Assembly (NCBI GenBank): GCA_044229845.1
Contig: JBGASG010000008.1
Coordinates: forward strand, 32,001-96,000
Direction: 5' to 3'
DNA length: 64,000 nucleotides
Source: Candidatus Obscuribacteraceae bacterium
GTDB taxonomy: Bacteria > Cyanobacteriota > Vampirovibrionia > Obscuribacterales > Obscuribacteraceae
Of this stretch, positions 1 to 10,357 are shown piece by piece. Under the pieces are notes generated by a model. That model did no database searches. It was not told where the DNA came from and saw nothing but the letters and a program-made list of their open reading frames with translations. The number at the start of each line of letters is the position of its first letter. Position 1 is the first letter of the stretch. Position numbers and translations under genes: made by a program.

Positions 1-3000
1 GTGCAGTTACGGGCGGTGCGACTATTCGAGGAGCCGCTTGTGCCGATGGGTGGATCGCCAGCTGCAGGCGAAAACTCCGCGCTGGCAAAAGCGCTGACGT
101 TGTATGCCAGCTCGTCCGACAAAGAAGACATATCGTCTCTTCAGGCATTCTTGAAGCAATATCCTCACTCGCGCTGGAGCGCTTCTGTGGCACTGAATGC
201 CGGCTTGTTGCGCCGCGAGCAAGGCTACTTTACTGAGGCGATCGATCTACTTAAGTTGTCCTGGGACGATTCAAAGAACGCGACCTTGAAAGAGCAGCAG
301 CTTGTCGCCCAGCGGGCAGTTTCGGAGCTACTCTTTGTTGAAGCTACTTTTGGCCGACTGAGTGAAATGAAATCAGGGTTGGCCGACATGGGCGATCGGC
401 AGATATTGGGCAGTGCTCGCGAGCGGGTAGATGCGGTACTAGATGCGGTGCACATTATGGAGAAAGCACCGCAAGACGCATTTCTTTGCGGACCGCAAGC
501 GGTCGCAACATTGATTAGGCTTTCCACGGGCAGACCGGCCGATAATGACTCGCCGGTTCGCCAGGCTAAATCCACGCGCGAAGGCACAAATCTTTTGTAC
601 GTGAAGCAACTGGCGGACAGATCGGGACTGAAGCTGCAAGTTGCCAGACGCACCACCCATAGTGCAGAACTGCTGGTTCCTTGTGTCGCCCATTTCCGGC
701 TCGGGCATTTCAGTGTGCTCAGTAAGACAGCGAACGGTAAATACTTTCTCGAAGACCCGACCCTTGACCGCGTCGGCGATATCTGGATCAGCCGTAAGGC
801 AATCAATGCCGAGACCGACGGCTATTTTCTGGTGCGAGCTGGTAGCCTTCCAGACGGCTGGGAAGCGGTCTCAGATAGCGAAGCGGAGAAAGTCTACGGG
901 CGAGGCGGTGCCGAAACCCGCAACGAAGACAAAAGCCACGCGATGCCGATGATCAAATTATCGGCGGGAGGAGTCCCCGCAAAATCACTGAGGATAACCA
1001 GGACACCCAGCAATACCCCGTCACCTAAACCCGACCCCAATCCGGCCGACAACTCGAATGACGATTCGTGCGATTCTTCATCATGGGCCCATAATTTCGA
1101 GGCACAAGACTTTAACGGAAATTGGACGGACAGACCACCGATGGCTGTGCCGTCCGCCTTCCAGATGCAGGCCGAGTTGAATGTGAGCGATACGCCTCTG
1201 TCGTACCGCCTGCCGGTTGGGCTGGCCATGAACTTCTCGGTCAACTACACCCAAAATGAGGTAGATCAGCCCTCTTCATGGACGTTTTCCAACCTCGGAC
1301 CAAACTGGAGCACCAACTTTGTTGCTTGGGTGAAGATAGACGCTTCCAGCAACGCTGTCGCACATCTGCGCAATGGCGGTGTAGAGCGATATCCGTATAG
1401 CGGTAATCCAAGTGTGCCATACTCTCAAAACCTGTACTCGCAGGCGACTCTGGACAATCCCAGTGCGGGAGTGTACCGTCGGCTCCTGCCCGATGGATCG
1501 ATAGAAGTGTTCAGCGTCAGCGATGGCAGCGGCAACTATCTTTTGTCGAGTGTGATCAGCTCGACCGGTCAAGCCACCACTTTGCAGTACGATGTTAACC
1601 ATCGCATCCAGAGCGTGATCGATACCAATGGTAATACCAGCACATTTACACATGTCTCGAACACGCCCGGCAATTCCGGGTTTTATCTGATCTCAGGAAT
1701 AAGCGATCCTTTCGGGCGCTCATGCGCTTTCAGCTATGATGCTACCAATACGTTTTTGCTCAGCATCCAGGATCAGGTGGGTATAGTTTCAACCTTCGCC
1801 TACAACACGGGAACGGGCTTCATCACGTCGATGGTGACGCCTTACGGGACCCACAGTTTCGAAACTTACACCATAACGGCAGGCTACAACTTCCCGGGGC
1901 GCGGGCTGAAAGTGACTTATCCAGATGGCACCATGGCTGTTCTGGAAAACACTCTGGACTTGGAGATCCAGACACGCTACTGGGATCGCGAAGCGATGAG
2001 CCGGTACCCAAACGATCCTACAAACCGCATATTTTCTCACTGCCGGTCGACCCGCTTTTTCAACGAAGGAGTGACGACGAATGAATCAGCCGTAATTAAC
2101 TACACGAAAAACCCGCTTGAATCCCAGGTCTTCATGAACTACCCGGGCAGCTCCTGGCCCAATTTCTTCGGCACGCTCAATCATCCCACCGACACGACGC
2201 AAAGCAACAAGCAAAACCTCAGGCACAGGTTCAGCATCTCAGGCACCATTACTCCCGGCGACATCCTGTACATCAAGGTGATTAGCAATGTGCTGCCGGG
2301 GGGGCAGGAAATAATACCATATACGGTGGCAAGCGGCGATACCGCAGCCAGCATTCTCCAGCAGTTTGCTACGCTCCTCAACAACGATGTCGAGCTCAAC
2401 AAGCGCGGTTATTATGCCCAAATGTTCGGCAATTATCTGATTGCCTTTAGCGGCGACACCTATCCCACCGTGGCCCAGTCCTATACTTCGGTCGGAGCAA
2501 CCGAAACATTCGATTATAAGTTCGACGGCAATCTGTACAGCGATAACGTCAATGTGGTGCTGGGCGGCACGGTGACGCCGGGCGAGACCATTAGCCTATT
2601 TCCGGCTTACACCGATAACCACTACCCGGTGCTCCAGTACGTGGCCCAGGCGGGCGACACGCTAGAGTCAATCGCCAAAAAACTCGCTTACGACATAACG
2701 ACCAACACCTTCTCCCAGCAATACAAGTGGTCGGCCGTTCCCAGAGACAAGAAAATCTGGGTGCACTGCGGCTGGGGCGGCGGCACCATATATGGTAACT
2801 CGACCGGGACAATTACGGTCACCACTCAGAGTGTCACCGACCAAACCCAGAATTTATACGAATGGAATCCTCTCGGCTACGCGACGAAGTTGACTGATCC
2901 GGTGGGGAGGGTCATCTCCAAAACCTACGCCAGCAATAACATTGACTTGCAAGAAGTGCGCGAGACCAGAGACGGCAACAACTTCCTGCTTGGCAAGTGG

Positions 3001-6000
3001 ACCTACAACAGCCAGCATCTGCCGCTGACGTATCTCGATTCGTCTGGGCGCCAGACAAGCTATACTTACAACGTGTTCGGTCAGCTGACATCGGTCACTG
3101 ACCCCCTTTCGCATCTCTCGACCTACCAGTACACATCTAATGCCACCGCTACCGTAGGCGGCACCATCTCCGCCGGCGACCAGGTGAATTTGACTGTCAC
3201 CGATCCGGCGCTGTCAGGCGGCAGCCGCACGGTCTCGTACACGGCCAGCGCCGGGCAAACCCCAGCGCAGGTGGCGGCCGGGCTGACCACCAACATTAAT
3301 GCCGACACTCAACTGCAAGCGCTCGGCTGCACAGGCACCGCCAGCGGTGCCGTCATCACCCTCAAGTGCACCTCCGTCAATGCCACCACCTATAGTCGCA
3401 CCGTCACAGGCGGTGTCACCCTCACCTTGTCCGCCGTCGCCTACGGCTTCTTGACCAAGGTCACAGGTCCCCTGCAGCAAGCGGATGTCACCACCTTTTC
3501 GTGGAACCCCAACGGCACCCTCGCCTCATCGACCAACTCGCGCGGCTACACGCTCGCCTTCCAATATGACGCGCTGGACAGGCTCACGAAAACCACCTAC
3601 CCGGATGGCACCACCGAGGAGACAGGCTACCAAGACCTCGACCCCATCTTCTTCACGGACAGGCTCGGGCGGGTAACCCAGCAGTCTTTCGATAACATGC
3701 AGCAGCTGGCCTTTTCTATCGACCCCCTGGGCAGAAAGACCCAGTACACCTGGTGCTCCTGCGGTGCACTGAAAGTCCTCACCGACCCAGCCGGGCATGC
3801 CACCACCTGGAATTTCGACCTGCAAGGACGCATCGCCGAAAAAGTCTACGCCGACGGCACCAAGACCAGTTACCTCTGGGAGCCCAATCGCAGCGTCGTC
3901 GACGTGAAGCGTGACGCGCTCGCACAAGAGACCCAGTACTACCGCGACTGGGACGGCACGCTCGCCTCGATTCAATATGCCAACGCAGTGAATGCAACCT
4001 CCGCTGTCGTCAATGTCTACGACACGCACTACATGCGAATGGTGCGCGCGCAAAACGGCTGGGGCCAGTACGACTACACTTACAACAACTGCATAACCGA
4101 CCCGCTCGCTCCGCCGATCACAGGCGGCGGCCGCCTCTCCGGCATCACCAATTCGGTCATCCCGAACTCGGCGATAACTTTCCAATACGATGCTGAGGGG
4201 CGCACCACCAACCGCTCCATTAACGGCGCCGCCAACTCAATCACCTGGACATATGACGCCATGAATCGCGTCACCCAGGAGTCAAACGCGCTGGGCGCCT
4301 TCAACTTCACGTACATGAACGACGTCTCGCCGAACAGCAAAGGTGACACCAGGCTGTCCAACATTGCCTACCCCAATGGGCAAAATACAAAGTTCAGCTG
4401 GTTCGACACAAACAGAGATGAGCGCTTGCGCCAGATCTCCAACCAGACATCCACCTCGCAGGTGCTCTCCCAGTTCGACTATTCTTTCGACCCGGCTGGT
4501 CAGATCACCCGCTGGCTGCAGCAGCAAAAGACAAGTCACCAGGGACTGGCGCTCGACTACGATGACGCCGGCCAGCTCACAGGCGCGGTCGGCTCGCAAG
4601 GAGCCGGAACCCTGGCGCCTCCGCACGGCAATCAGAACTATTACGCGTACGACCCAGCGGCCAACCGCACCGCCGCTCAAGTGAGCCAGGTGCAAAAGAT
4701 TGCCTTGAGCGGCACCAAGACCACGGGCGACATAATCACTTTGACGGTCAGCGACAGCGGCTTGACTGGCGGCTCCCAGGCGGTCACCTACACCACCGTA
4801 GCCGCCGACACCCTGACCACCATCGCTACCAAATTGGCGGCAACAATCACCGCCAACAGCAACTTGAAAAACCTGGGCATTGACGCCGTCTCCTCCGGCA
4901 CCACCATTACCCTGCGCTCCAAGTCGCCCAATTTGACGACCTACACCGCAAGCGTCAGCGGACCAGCCACTGAGAAACTGACTTTCGGCATTAACAACGC
5001 CGTGCAGAACATAACCGTAGGCGGCACCGCGCACACGGGCGACGTTCTTCAGGTGATCGTGCGCGACCCGGCGCTCACCGGCGGGCAGACCACCGTCTCG
5101 TACACTGTCCCCGCTTCCCCAACGCTCAACAGCATCGCCTCCGGGCTCGCGGCGGCAATTAACGCCGGCACCGGTCTATCGGCTCTGGCTGTCACCGCCG
5201 CCGCGAACAACACCGTCATTACCGTCACTTCCACTTCGCAGAACGTCACCAGCTACAGTGGCTCTGTCTCCGGCGCTGGCGCCACCGTCACCTTGTCCCT
5301 CGGGCAAGCTATTAATGGCTCGCTGACCGCACTTGTGACCGGCACCAAGACAACAGGCGACATCGTCTCCGTCACCATATTTGATGCCGGCTTGTCCGGC
5401 GGGTCGAAAACGGTTAACTACACCGTTCTGGCCGCAGACACGCTCACGACCATTACGACTGGTCTGACGACCGCAATCAATAACGACACGGCGCTGCAAG
5501 TGATTGGCGTGCGCGCCAGCTCATCCGGGACGAAACTGACACTCACGTCGGTCTCCACCAATGCCACCACTTACCTGCCGTCGACTAAAAACTCCGCCGG
5601 CACCGCGCTCGGCACCGAGAAATTCCTCTGGGGGCTGCCAGCCAACGGCACCACCACCGCGCAAATCTCCGGAACCGTGGCATCTGCTGATGTATTCACG
5701 TTGACCGTTTTCGATGCCGGCTTGACCGGCGGCTCGGTGGCGAAGACCGTCACCGCCAAGACAACGCCGAATGCTGTTGCCACCGGACTCGCCACGGCAA
5801 TTAATGGCGATGCGAACCTCACAGCCATTGGCGTCACCGCCGTCGCATCTACGCCGACCACGTCTGTCTCGGTGACTAACATAACCTCCACGTCGAACAA
5901 TGCCACCACCTATACTTTTAGCCGCACCGGCTCATCCACAATTGCGCTCAGCAAGAGCGTCGGAGTGTCCCAGGCGAGCTTCAACAACATCAACGAGCTG

Positions 6001-7062
6001 ACTGGCATCTCCGCCGGCGGCCCAACGCGCTTCCAGGGCACCACTGACAGACCAGTTTTAACGACCATGACTGTCGCAGGCGGCGCCGTCAACATGCGCA
6101 CATCGCAGAATTTCCAGGCGACGCCGCCTTTGACCTCCGGGTCAAACAGCGTCGCCGTCAGCGCCACCGCCGGTGGCGGCAGCGGCACGACCACGAACAA
6201 TTACAAACTCGAGGTAACCGGCTCTGGCAGCCAGACCCTGACCTACGACGCCAACGGAAATATGACCAGCGACGGCACCAACTCGTACGTCTGGGATTGC
6301 GAAAATCGCCTGATTCAGATCACTTATCCCGGGATCAATAATAAATCGGAATTCACGTACGATCCAATTGGAAGAAATGTTGCCATCGTCGAGACTACTG
6401 GAGGCAGCCCGGCGACACAACAGTTCGTGTGGTTCGCTAGCCAGCGATGTGAGGAACGCGATGGGAGCGGCAATCTAACAAAGCGGTTTTTTGATGATAA
6501 GGGACAGATGAACGGAAGCACTAAGTACTTCTACGCGACAGACCATCTGGGCTCAATTCGAGAAATGACAGACAATTCCGGAGCGGTTCAGTCCCGGTAC
6601 GCTGATGATCCATATGGTCGAGCGACCAAGCTCTTAGCTTCGACTGACTCTGACTTTGGGTTTGCCGGGATGTTTGTACATGCTAGAAGCGGCAGCAATC
6701 TCACGCTCTATCGTCCATACAGCTCTGACCTTGGGAGATGGCTTACAAAAGACCCTCTTGGTGGTGCAAACGCTTACGCATACTGCCTCAATTCGCCAGT
6801 AGCTTATGTTGATCCACTGGGGCTCAGGGCCTACACCGAATCAATCGGGTTGTGTCCACCCTGCTCGCCCCCATGCGACGGAACTCCCGTGCCTCTGCTG
6901 TGCAGATTCAGATTCTCAGAGGAATATGATCCGAGATCGAACAAGTTTTATTGGTCTTCCTCTGTCTATTTCGTCGCACCAGGCAGACGTCCGGGAAGTC
7001 CCAGTATTTATTCCTGGAATCCTAACGGCGACGGAACTTGTAGCTGGCTCGGACCCACCTAG
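1..7062 (+). CDS. Giant Rhs/YD-repeat protein with N-terminal C39-peptidase-like domain, inserted ~95-aa repeats and C-terminal tip; probably 5'-partial
   Basis: YD repeats (YDALDRL, YDAEGRT, YDANGN); Rhs core end DHLGS...YRPYSSDLGRWLTKDPLG...PVAYVDPLGL; CGP..H..DP triad near the N-terminus; ORF is open at position 1. Confidence 0.93.
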   Translation: MQLRAVRLFEEPLVPMGGSPAAGENSALAKALTLYASSSDKEDISSLQAFLKQYPHSRWSASVALNAGLLRREQGYFTEAIDLLKLSWDDSKNATLKEQQLVAQRAVSELLFVEATFGRLSEMKSGLADMGDRQILGSARERVDAVLDAVHIMEKAPQDAFLCGPQAVATLIRLSTGRPADNDSPVRQAKSTREGTNLLYVKQLADRSGLKLQVARRTTHSAELLVPCVAHFRLGHFSVLSKTANGKYFLEDPTLDRVGDIWISRKAINAETDGYFLVRAGSLPDGWEAVSDSEAEKVYGRGGAETRNEDKSHAMPMIKLSAGGVPAKSLRITRTPSNTPSPKPDPNPADNSNDDSCDSSSWAHNFEAQDFNGNWTDRPPMAVPSAFQMQAELNVSDTPLSYRLPVGLAMNFSVNYTQNEVDQPSSWTFSNLGPNWSTNFVAWVKIDASSNAVAHLRNGGVERYPYSGNPSVPYSQNLYSQATLDNPSAGVYRRLLPDGSIEVFSVSDGSGNYLLSSVISSTGQATTLQYDVNHRIQSVIDTNGNTSTFTHVSNTPGNSGFYLISGISDPFGRSCAFSYDATNTFLLSIQDQVGIVSTFAYNTGTGFITSMVTPYGTHSFETYTITAGYNFPGRGLKVTYPDGTMAVLENTLDLEIQTRYWDREAMSRYPNDPTNRIFSHCRSTRFFNEGVTTNESAVINYTKNPLESQVFMNYPGSSWPNFFGTLNHPTDTTQSNKQNLRHRFSISGTITPGDILYIKVISNVLPGGQEIIPYTVASGDTAASILQQFATLLNNDVELNKRGYYAQMFGNYLIAFSGDTYPTVAQSYTSVGATETFDYKFDGNLYSDNVNVVLGGTVTPGETISLFPAYTDNHYPVLQYVAQAGDTLESIAKKLAYDITTNTFSQQYKWSAVPRDKKIWVHCGWGGGTIYGNSTGTITVTTQSVTDQTQNLYEWNPLGYATKLTDPVGRVISKTYASNNIDLQEVRETRDGNNFLLGKWTYNSQHLPLTYLDSSGRQTSYTYNVFGQLTSVTDPLSHLSTYQYTSNATATVGGTISAGDQVNLTVTDPALSGGSRTVSYTASAGQTPAQVAAGLTTNINADTQLQALGCTGTASGAVITLKCTSVNATTYSRTVTGGVTLTLSAVAYGFLTKVTGPLQQADVTTFSWNPNGTLASSTNSRGYTLAFQYDALDRLTKTTYPDGTTEETGYQDLDPIFFTDRLGRVTQQSFDNMQQLAFSIDPLGRKTQYTWCSCGALKVLTDPAGHATTWNFDLQGRIAEKVYADGTKTSYLWEPNRSVVDVKRDALAQETQYYRDWDGTLASIQYANAVNATSAVVNVYDTHYMRMVRAQNGWGQYDYTYNNCITDPLAPPITGGGRLSGITNSVIPNSAITFQYDAEGRTTNRSINGAANSITWTYDAMNRVTQESNALGAFNFTYMNDVSPNSKGDTRLSNIAYPNGQNTKFSWFDTNRDERLRQISNQTSTSQVLSQFDYSFDPAGQITRWLQQQKTSHQGLALDYDDAGQLTGAVGSQGAGTLAPPHGNQNYYAYDPAANRTAAQVSQVQKIALSGTKTTGDIITLTVSDSGLTGGSQAVTYTTVAADTLTTIATKLAATITANSNLKNLGIDAVSSGTTITLRSKSPNLTTYTASVSGPATEKLTFGINNAVQNITVGGTAHTGDVLQVIVRDPALTGGQTTVSYTVPASPTLNSIASGLAAAINAGTGLSALAVTAAANNTVITVTSTSQNVTSYSGSVSGAGATVTLSLGQAINGSLTALVTGTKTTGDIVSVTIFDAGLSGGSKTVNYTVLAADTLTTITTGLTTAINNDTALQVIGVRASSSGTKLTLTSVSTNATTYLPSTKNSAGTALGTEKFLWGLPANGTTTAQISGTVASADVFTLTVFDAGLTGGSVAKTVTAKTTPNAVATGLATAINGDANLTAIGVTAVASTPTTSVSVTNITSTSNNATTYTFSRTGSSTIALSKSVGVSQASFNNINELTGISAGGPTRFQGTTDRPVLTTMTVAGGAVNMRTSQNFQATPPLTSGSNSVAVSATAGGGSGTTTNNYKLEVTGSGSQTLTYDANGNMTSDGTNSYVWDCENRLIQITYPGINNKSEFTYDPIGRNVAIVETTGGSPATQQFVWFASQRCEERDGSGNLTKRFFDDKGQMNGSTKYFYATDHLGSIREMTDNSGAVQSRYADDPYGRATKLLASTDSDFGFAGMFVHARSGSNLTLYRPYSSDLGRWLTKDPLGGANAYAYCLNSPVAYVDPLGLRAYTESIGLCPPCSPPCDGTPVPLLCRFRFSEEYDPRSNKFYWSSSVYFVAPGRRPGSPSIYSWNPNGDGTCSWLGPT
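6317..6332 (+). repeat. 16-bp att-like core AGATCACTTATCCCGG, copy 1 (putative attL, inside rhs)
   Basis: Identical to 11890-11905 and 17728-17743; encodes ITYPG in the rhs frame. Confidence 0.85.
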
Positions 7063-7091
7063 TCGCGGTCTCTCTAAAAGGACGCATCCGG

Positions 7092-7682
7092 CTAGTCAAC
7101 CTTCTTAACCGACTCCTTTGGGCTTGGAATTGTGATCGTCTGCGATGTGAAAACTTGGGAACTGGGAAGCACACTTCCCTCGGCTGTCCCCGGCATGGTA
7201 TCAACCGACGTGACTTGACTCGCCGCGGACGAGGGCTGGGCAGCGACCTGCTCGGCCCTTTTGCGGTAATGCCGCAGCAGAAGTATTGCTGCCGGAAGTG
7301 GGATGAACAGGTAAGTCGAAAGGACTATCGCCGCGCACCAAAAAGCCTTGGCGGATCTCGTTGACTTCGAACGGAAAATCCAGATAAGGTAAGCAGCCGC
7401 AACAACGATGTTCAGTAATTGCAGGGAAACTCTATAGTAACCAAACTCTGTCATTCCGGGCACAAATCGGTGTGGAAGCCCGTACAGAAGCGTCTCCAGC
7501 AGTAATAGCCATTGGGCTGCCGCGTCAAGCAGATAGAATTGAAGCCTATCGCAATCCAGGCGATCTGCAATTTGCAAAGCCAACACGGCTAGATGAAGCG
7601 GCAACAGCGTTAAGACGAGCAAGATAATCCGCGAAGGCAATCCATCCATCCGAGTCTTGTATGCAGTATTTAACAGCTTCAT
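7092..7682 (-). CDS. Multi-pass membrane hypothetical protein (possible immunity or cargo protein)
   Basis: 196-aa ORF with about 4 hydrophobic segments, convergent on the rhs stop. Confidence 0.6.
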   Translation of the reverse strand: MKLLNTAYKTRMDGLPSRIILLVLTLLPLHLAVLALQIADRLDCDRLQFYLLDAAAQWLLLLETLLYGLPHRFVPGMTEFGYYRVSLQLLNIVVAAAYLIWIFRSKSTRSAKAFWCAAIVLSTYLFIPLPAAILLLRHYRKRAEQVAAQPSSAASQVTSVDTMPGTAEGSVLPSSQVFTSQTITIPSPKESVKKVD

Positions 7683-7994
7683 TTCAGCGAAAGATAGCTA
7701 CCGACCTGGCTTCTTGAATCATGATACTCTACATTTCCGGGCATGCAAGCATTGAGGGGTTCTTCTGCTGGCTCGGGCAGGTGGGTACACCACTTTCATA
7801 CAGTTGCGGGCGCGCTGCAGCCAAGCTGTTGATTCACAAACGTGTCCATCACAATCGATCACTGTCGGAAGGAAGAGTCGCGCTAAAGGCGCCAGCATCG
7901 AATGGACCGAAGAACCTTTGCATCAGGCAAGCAATCAGTTATTATCTAATGCGGCTCGTTTATCTAGAACCCGAGGAGATAGAATAGCTCCGAG

Positions 7995-8369
7995 GCAGGA
8001 TAAAGCGATGATTTCATTTTGGCGGAAGCACCGCGGGCGGTGCGTTGCCACGGTTTCAGAGAGTACCCCACATAATGCCGGGTACCCGAGATAGGCTCCT
8101 GGTGACCGCTGAACGGCAGCCGCCCATCGCTGGTGCGTTTGCGGCACCCTTTACCCGGCTTTCTCTTCCTGTCACCGCATACGCCTCGCTAGCTACAGCA
8201 CTCCGACACTATATGTGGTGGCATTCCGGGAACCATCGGCCTTTTCCTGCGTCATCGGAAACTGATGAGTTTACTCGTCATCTCTCCTCGCCCTCATTTT
8301 GAGGAGCCCCTGCAAGCGAATTGCTTGCATCAATGTCCAAGCGCAAAGCGCGCGTGTTCAGAGGTATGA
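7995..8369. repeat. Conserved non-coding module upstream of RHH gene (copy 1; homologous to ~13568-13913, partial copy ~13265-13360)
   Basis: Colinear motifs GCAGGATAA, GCACC-N6-GGTGC, AATGCCG, ACGGCAG.CGCCCATC, CTGCAAGC...GCTTGC and GTCCAAG.GCAA. Confidence 0.8.
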
Positions 8370-8765
8370 ATGCGTTTACCCCAATTCTGTGTTCGCTTCC
8401 CAAAGGAGATGGCAGAAGAAGTCACCCGACTGGCGAAAGCGAACAGGCTCACCCCCGCAGAGATGGTTCGTGAATTGGTCCGCGACGGAATCGTCGCCCG
8501 GGCCGAGGCAACCACCAACTCCCAATTCGCCTACGTAGAGAAGCGTCTGCGGCGAATGGAAGACCGATTTGCTGGCTGGATGATCAAACTCAGTAAAGCC
8601 ATCGCCCAGGTCTTGTTCTTCACCGAGCAGCTCGCGCTGTACGAGGTTGATGAGAAGGACCAAATAGCATTGAAGCAATTGGCGCAAAGCTTCGCGAGGC
8701 AATTTCTGCAACAAAAGACCTCCAGCCATCTAAAAGATGACCAGGAGCATCTGGACCAGGAATAG
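8370..8765 (+). CDS. Ribbon-helix-helix (CopG/TrwA-like) DNA-binding protein
   Basis: N-terminal FCVRFPKEMAEEVTRLAKANRLTPAEMVRELV strand-helix-helix pattern; close paralog at 13914-14303. Confidence 0.75.
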   Translation: MRLPQFCVRFPKEMAEEVTRLAKANRLTPAEMVRELVRDGIVARAEATTNSQFAYVEKRLRRMEDRFAGWMIKLSKAIAQVLFFTEQLALYEVDEKDQIALKQLAQSFARQFLQQKTSSHLKDDQEHLDQE

Positions 8766-9153
8766 CAAGCCGGAGGAGACCAGGGAACGCGTACCGCGCA
8801 CTCAACGTTGCGCAAGGGTGATTCGAATGGCTCAAATCCGGCAATTAGCCTGACGTTGCGCGGTTCCACATCACGCCGTCGGAAATGGACCTTCTGGAGG
8901 TAGCGCGCCTGCGCTCTTATATTGAACTTGACAGCTTTGATATGTGGTTAGGTAATTATTGAGAGATCGGAGAGAGGAGAGTAAACCGAGCCTGCGCCCA
9001 GTGCAAAACCTGTCATATGGAGATTTGCGACTCTCCTCTCACCGCAGCAATAGTCTAACCCGAGGGAAATCTTTGGTCACGTTCGTGAAACCGTATAAGA
9101 GCTTCGGATAAGGCCGCTGCTTCGATCCGCACACTACAATAGAAAGAGGTTCT

Positions 9154-10137
9154 ATGAAGGTTCCAGCTGGTGCGGATATATCCGAACCATGGTTTGACAT
9201 TTGCGTTCTACCACCAAATGGTAAAGCACTTTCCGAGCGCTTTGCGCGAAATGCTCATGGACTTCGAGCCTGTGTCAAATGGCTTGAAGAGAACGGCATT
9301 CAGAGTATCGACTTAGTCATCGAACCGACCGGGCGATACGGTGAAATCGTTGCTGAGTATTTTTCATAAACGCAAGACGCGCGTCTTTGGCGCAGCCGCT
9401 CAAGTTTTCGAAGTACGCTGAATCACACGAGATTCGCATTCGTTCTGATCGGAAGGCAGCGTACCTGCTCGCAGAATACTGCAAAGAGCGTTCTGACAAA
9501 CTTCCTCAGTGGCAGCCAAAGACGAACTTAGAGTGGGAGCTGAGAGACACGGTAGTATTGATTCGTTCGCTGACAAAGCGAACTGTGGCAATCCGATGCC
9601 TTGCATGTGGACTCCGCTCCAAGTTTGTGAAACAGCAGCTCGAAGCCGAGTTGGCGATGGCGGGAGTCTAATTTAGAGCAAACCCTGGGGCGGGCCAAAG
9701 AGCTAATCGGTCAACACCCTGTTCTGAGCAACGATTTCACGCTCTTGTGCACGATCCCTGGAATAGCTGACAGATCAGCGGTCACCCTACTCACGCTTAT
9801 TGATTTCCGGCGCTTTCGTTCAAGTCGGTCTTTAGCATGCTTTCTCGGATTGACCAGCCGAAAACACGCATCAGGAATATCAGTGAGAGAAAAGGATCGT
9901 ATTTCTAAACGAGGAAGTGCGGCAGTTAGGGGAGCTTTATTCATGCCGGCACGCGCCGCGCGAGTACACAATCCCCAGATCAGAGAATTCTCTGAACGCC
10001 TTCTTGCGCAAGGAAAGCACGACTTCACGGTTCAGATGGCGGTGATCCGCAAGCTCGTGGTGACAGCTTGGTCCGTCATCCACAGCCAAACAGCTTGGGA
10101 CGCAAACCACGTAAACCCACACTTCAAAGCGTCTTAG
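9154..10137 (+). pseudogene. IS110-family transposase, frameshifted into three pieces
   Basis: N-terminal GADIS..WFD and EPTGRY (DEDD RuvC-like); C-terminal TIPGI, FLGL...SG.S, ISKRGS..VR.ALF; split over ORFs 9154-9369, 9387-9671 and 9745-10137. Confidence 0.9.
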
Positions 10138-10233
10138 TTCGACATCGAAGTGCACTGAATACGGTGCCAGTTGCTTCGCAACTGGCGAACTTGTTTGCGC
10201 GCGTTCACCAGATTGACATTTGACGGGAAATCT

Positions 10234-10357
10234 CCATGCCGGCTAAAGCCGAGCAGCGGACCCCTCCTGTCAAGGCTAAACCCCTTCGGGGTGTCTGCTG
10301 CGCAGCCAGCCTTGACAGCAGGAACCCGGTCCGCCGCTATTCCGCATGGGGGCATGG
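10234..10357. other. Long nested stem-loop upstream of integrase
   Basis: CCATGCC/GGCATGG, GCGGACC/GGTCCGC and CTGTCAAGGCT/AGCCTTGACAG stems enclosing a small TTCG hairpin. Confidence 0.7.
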
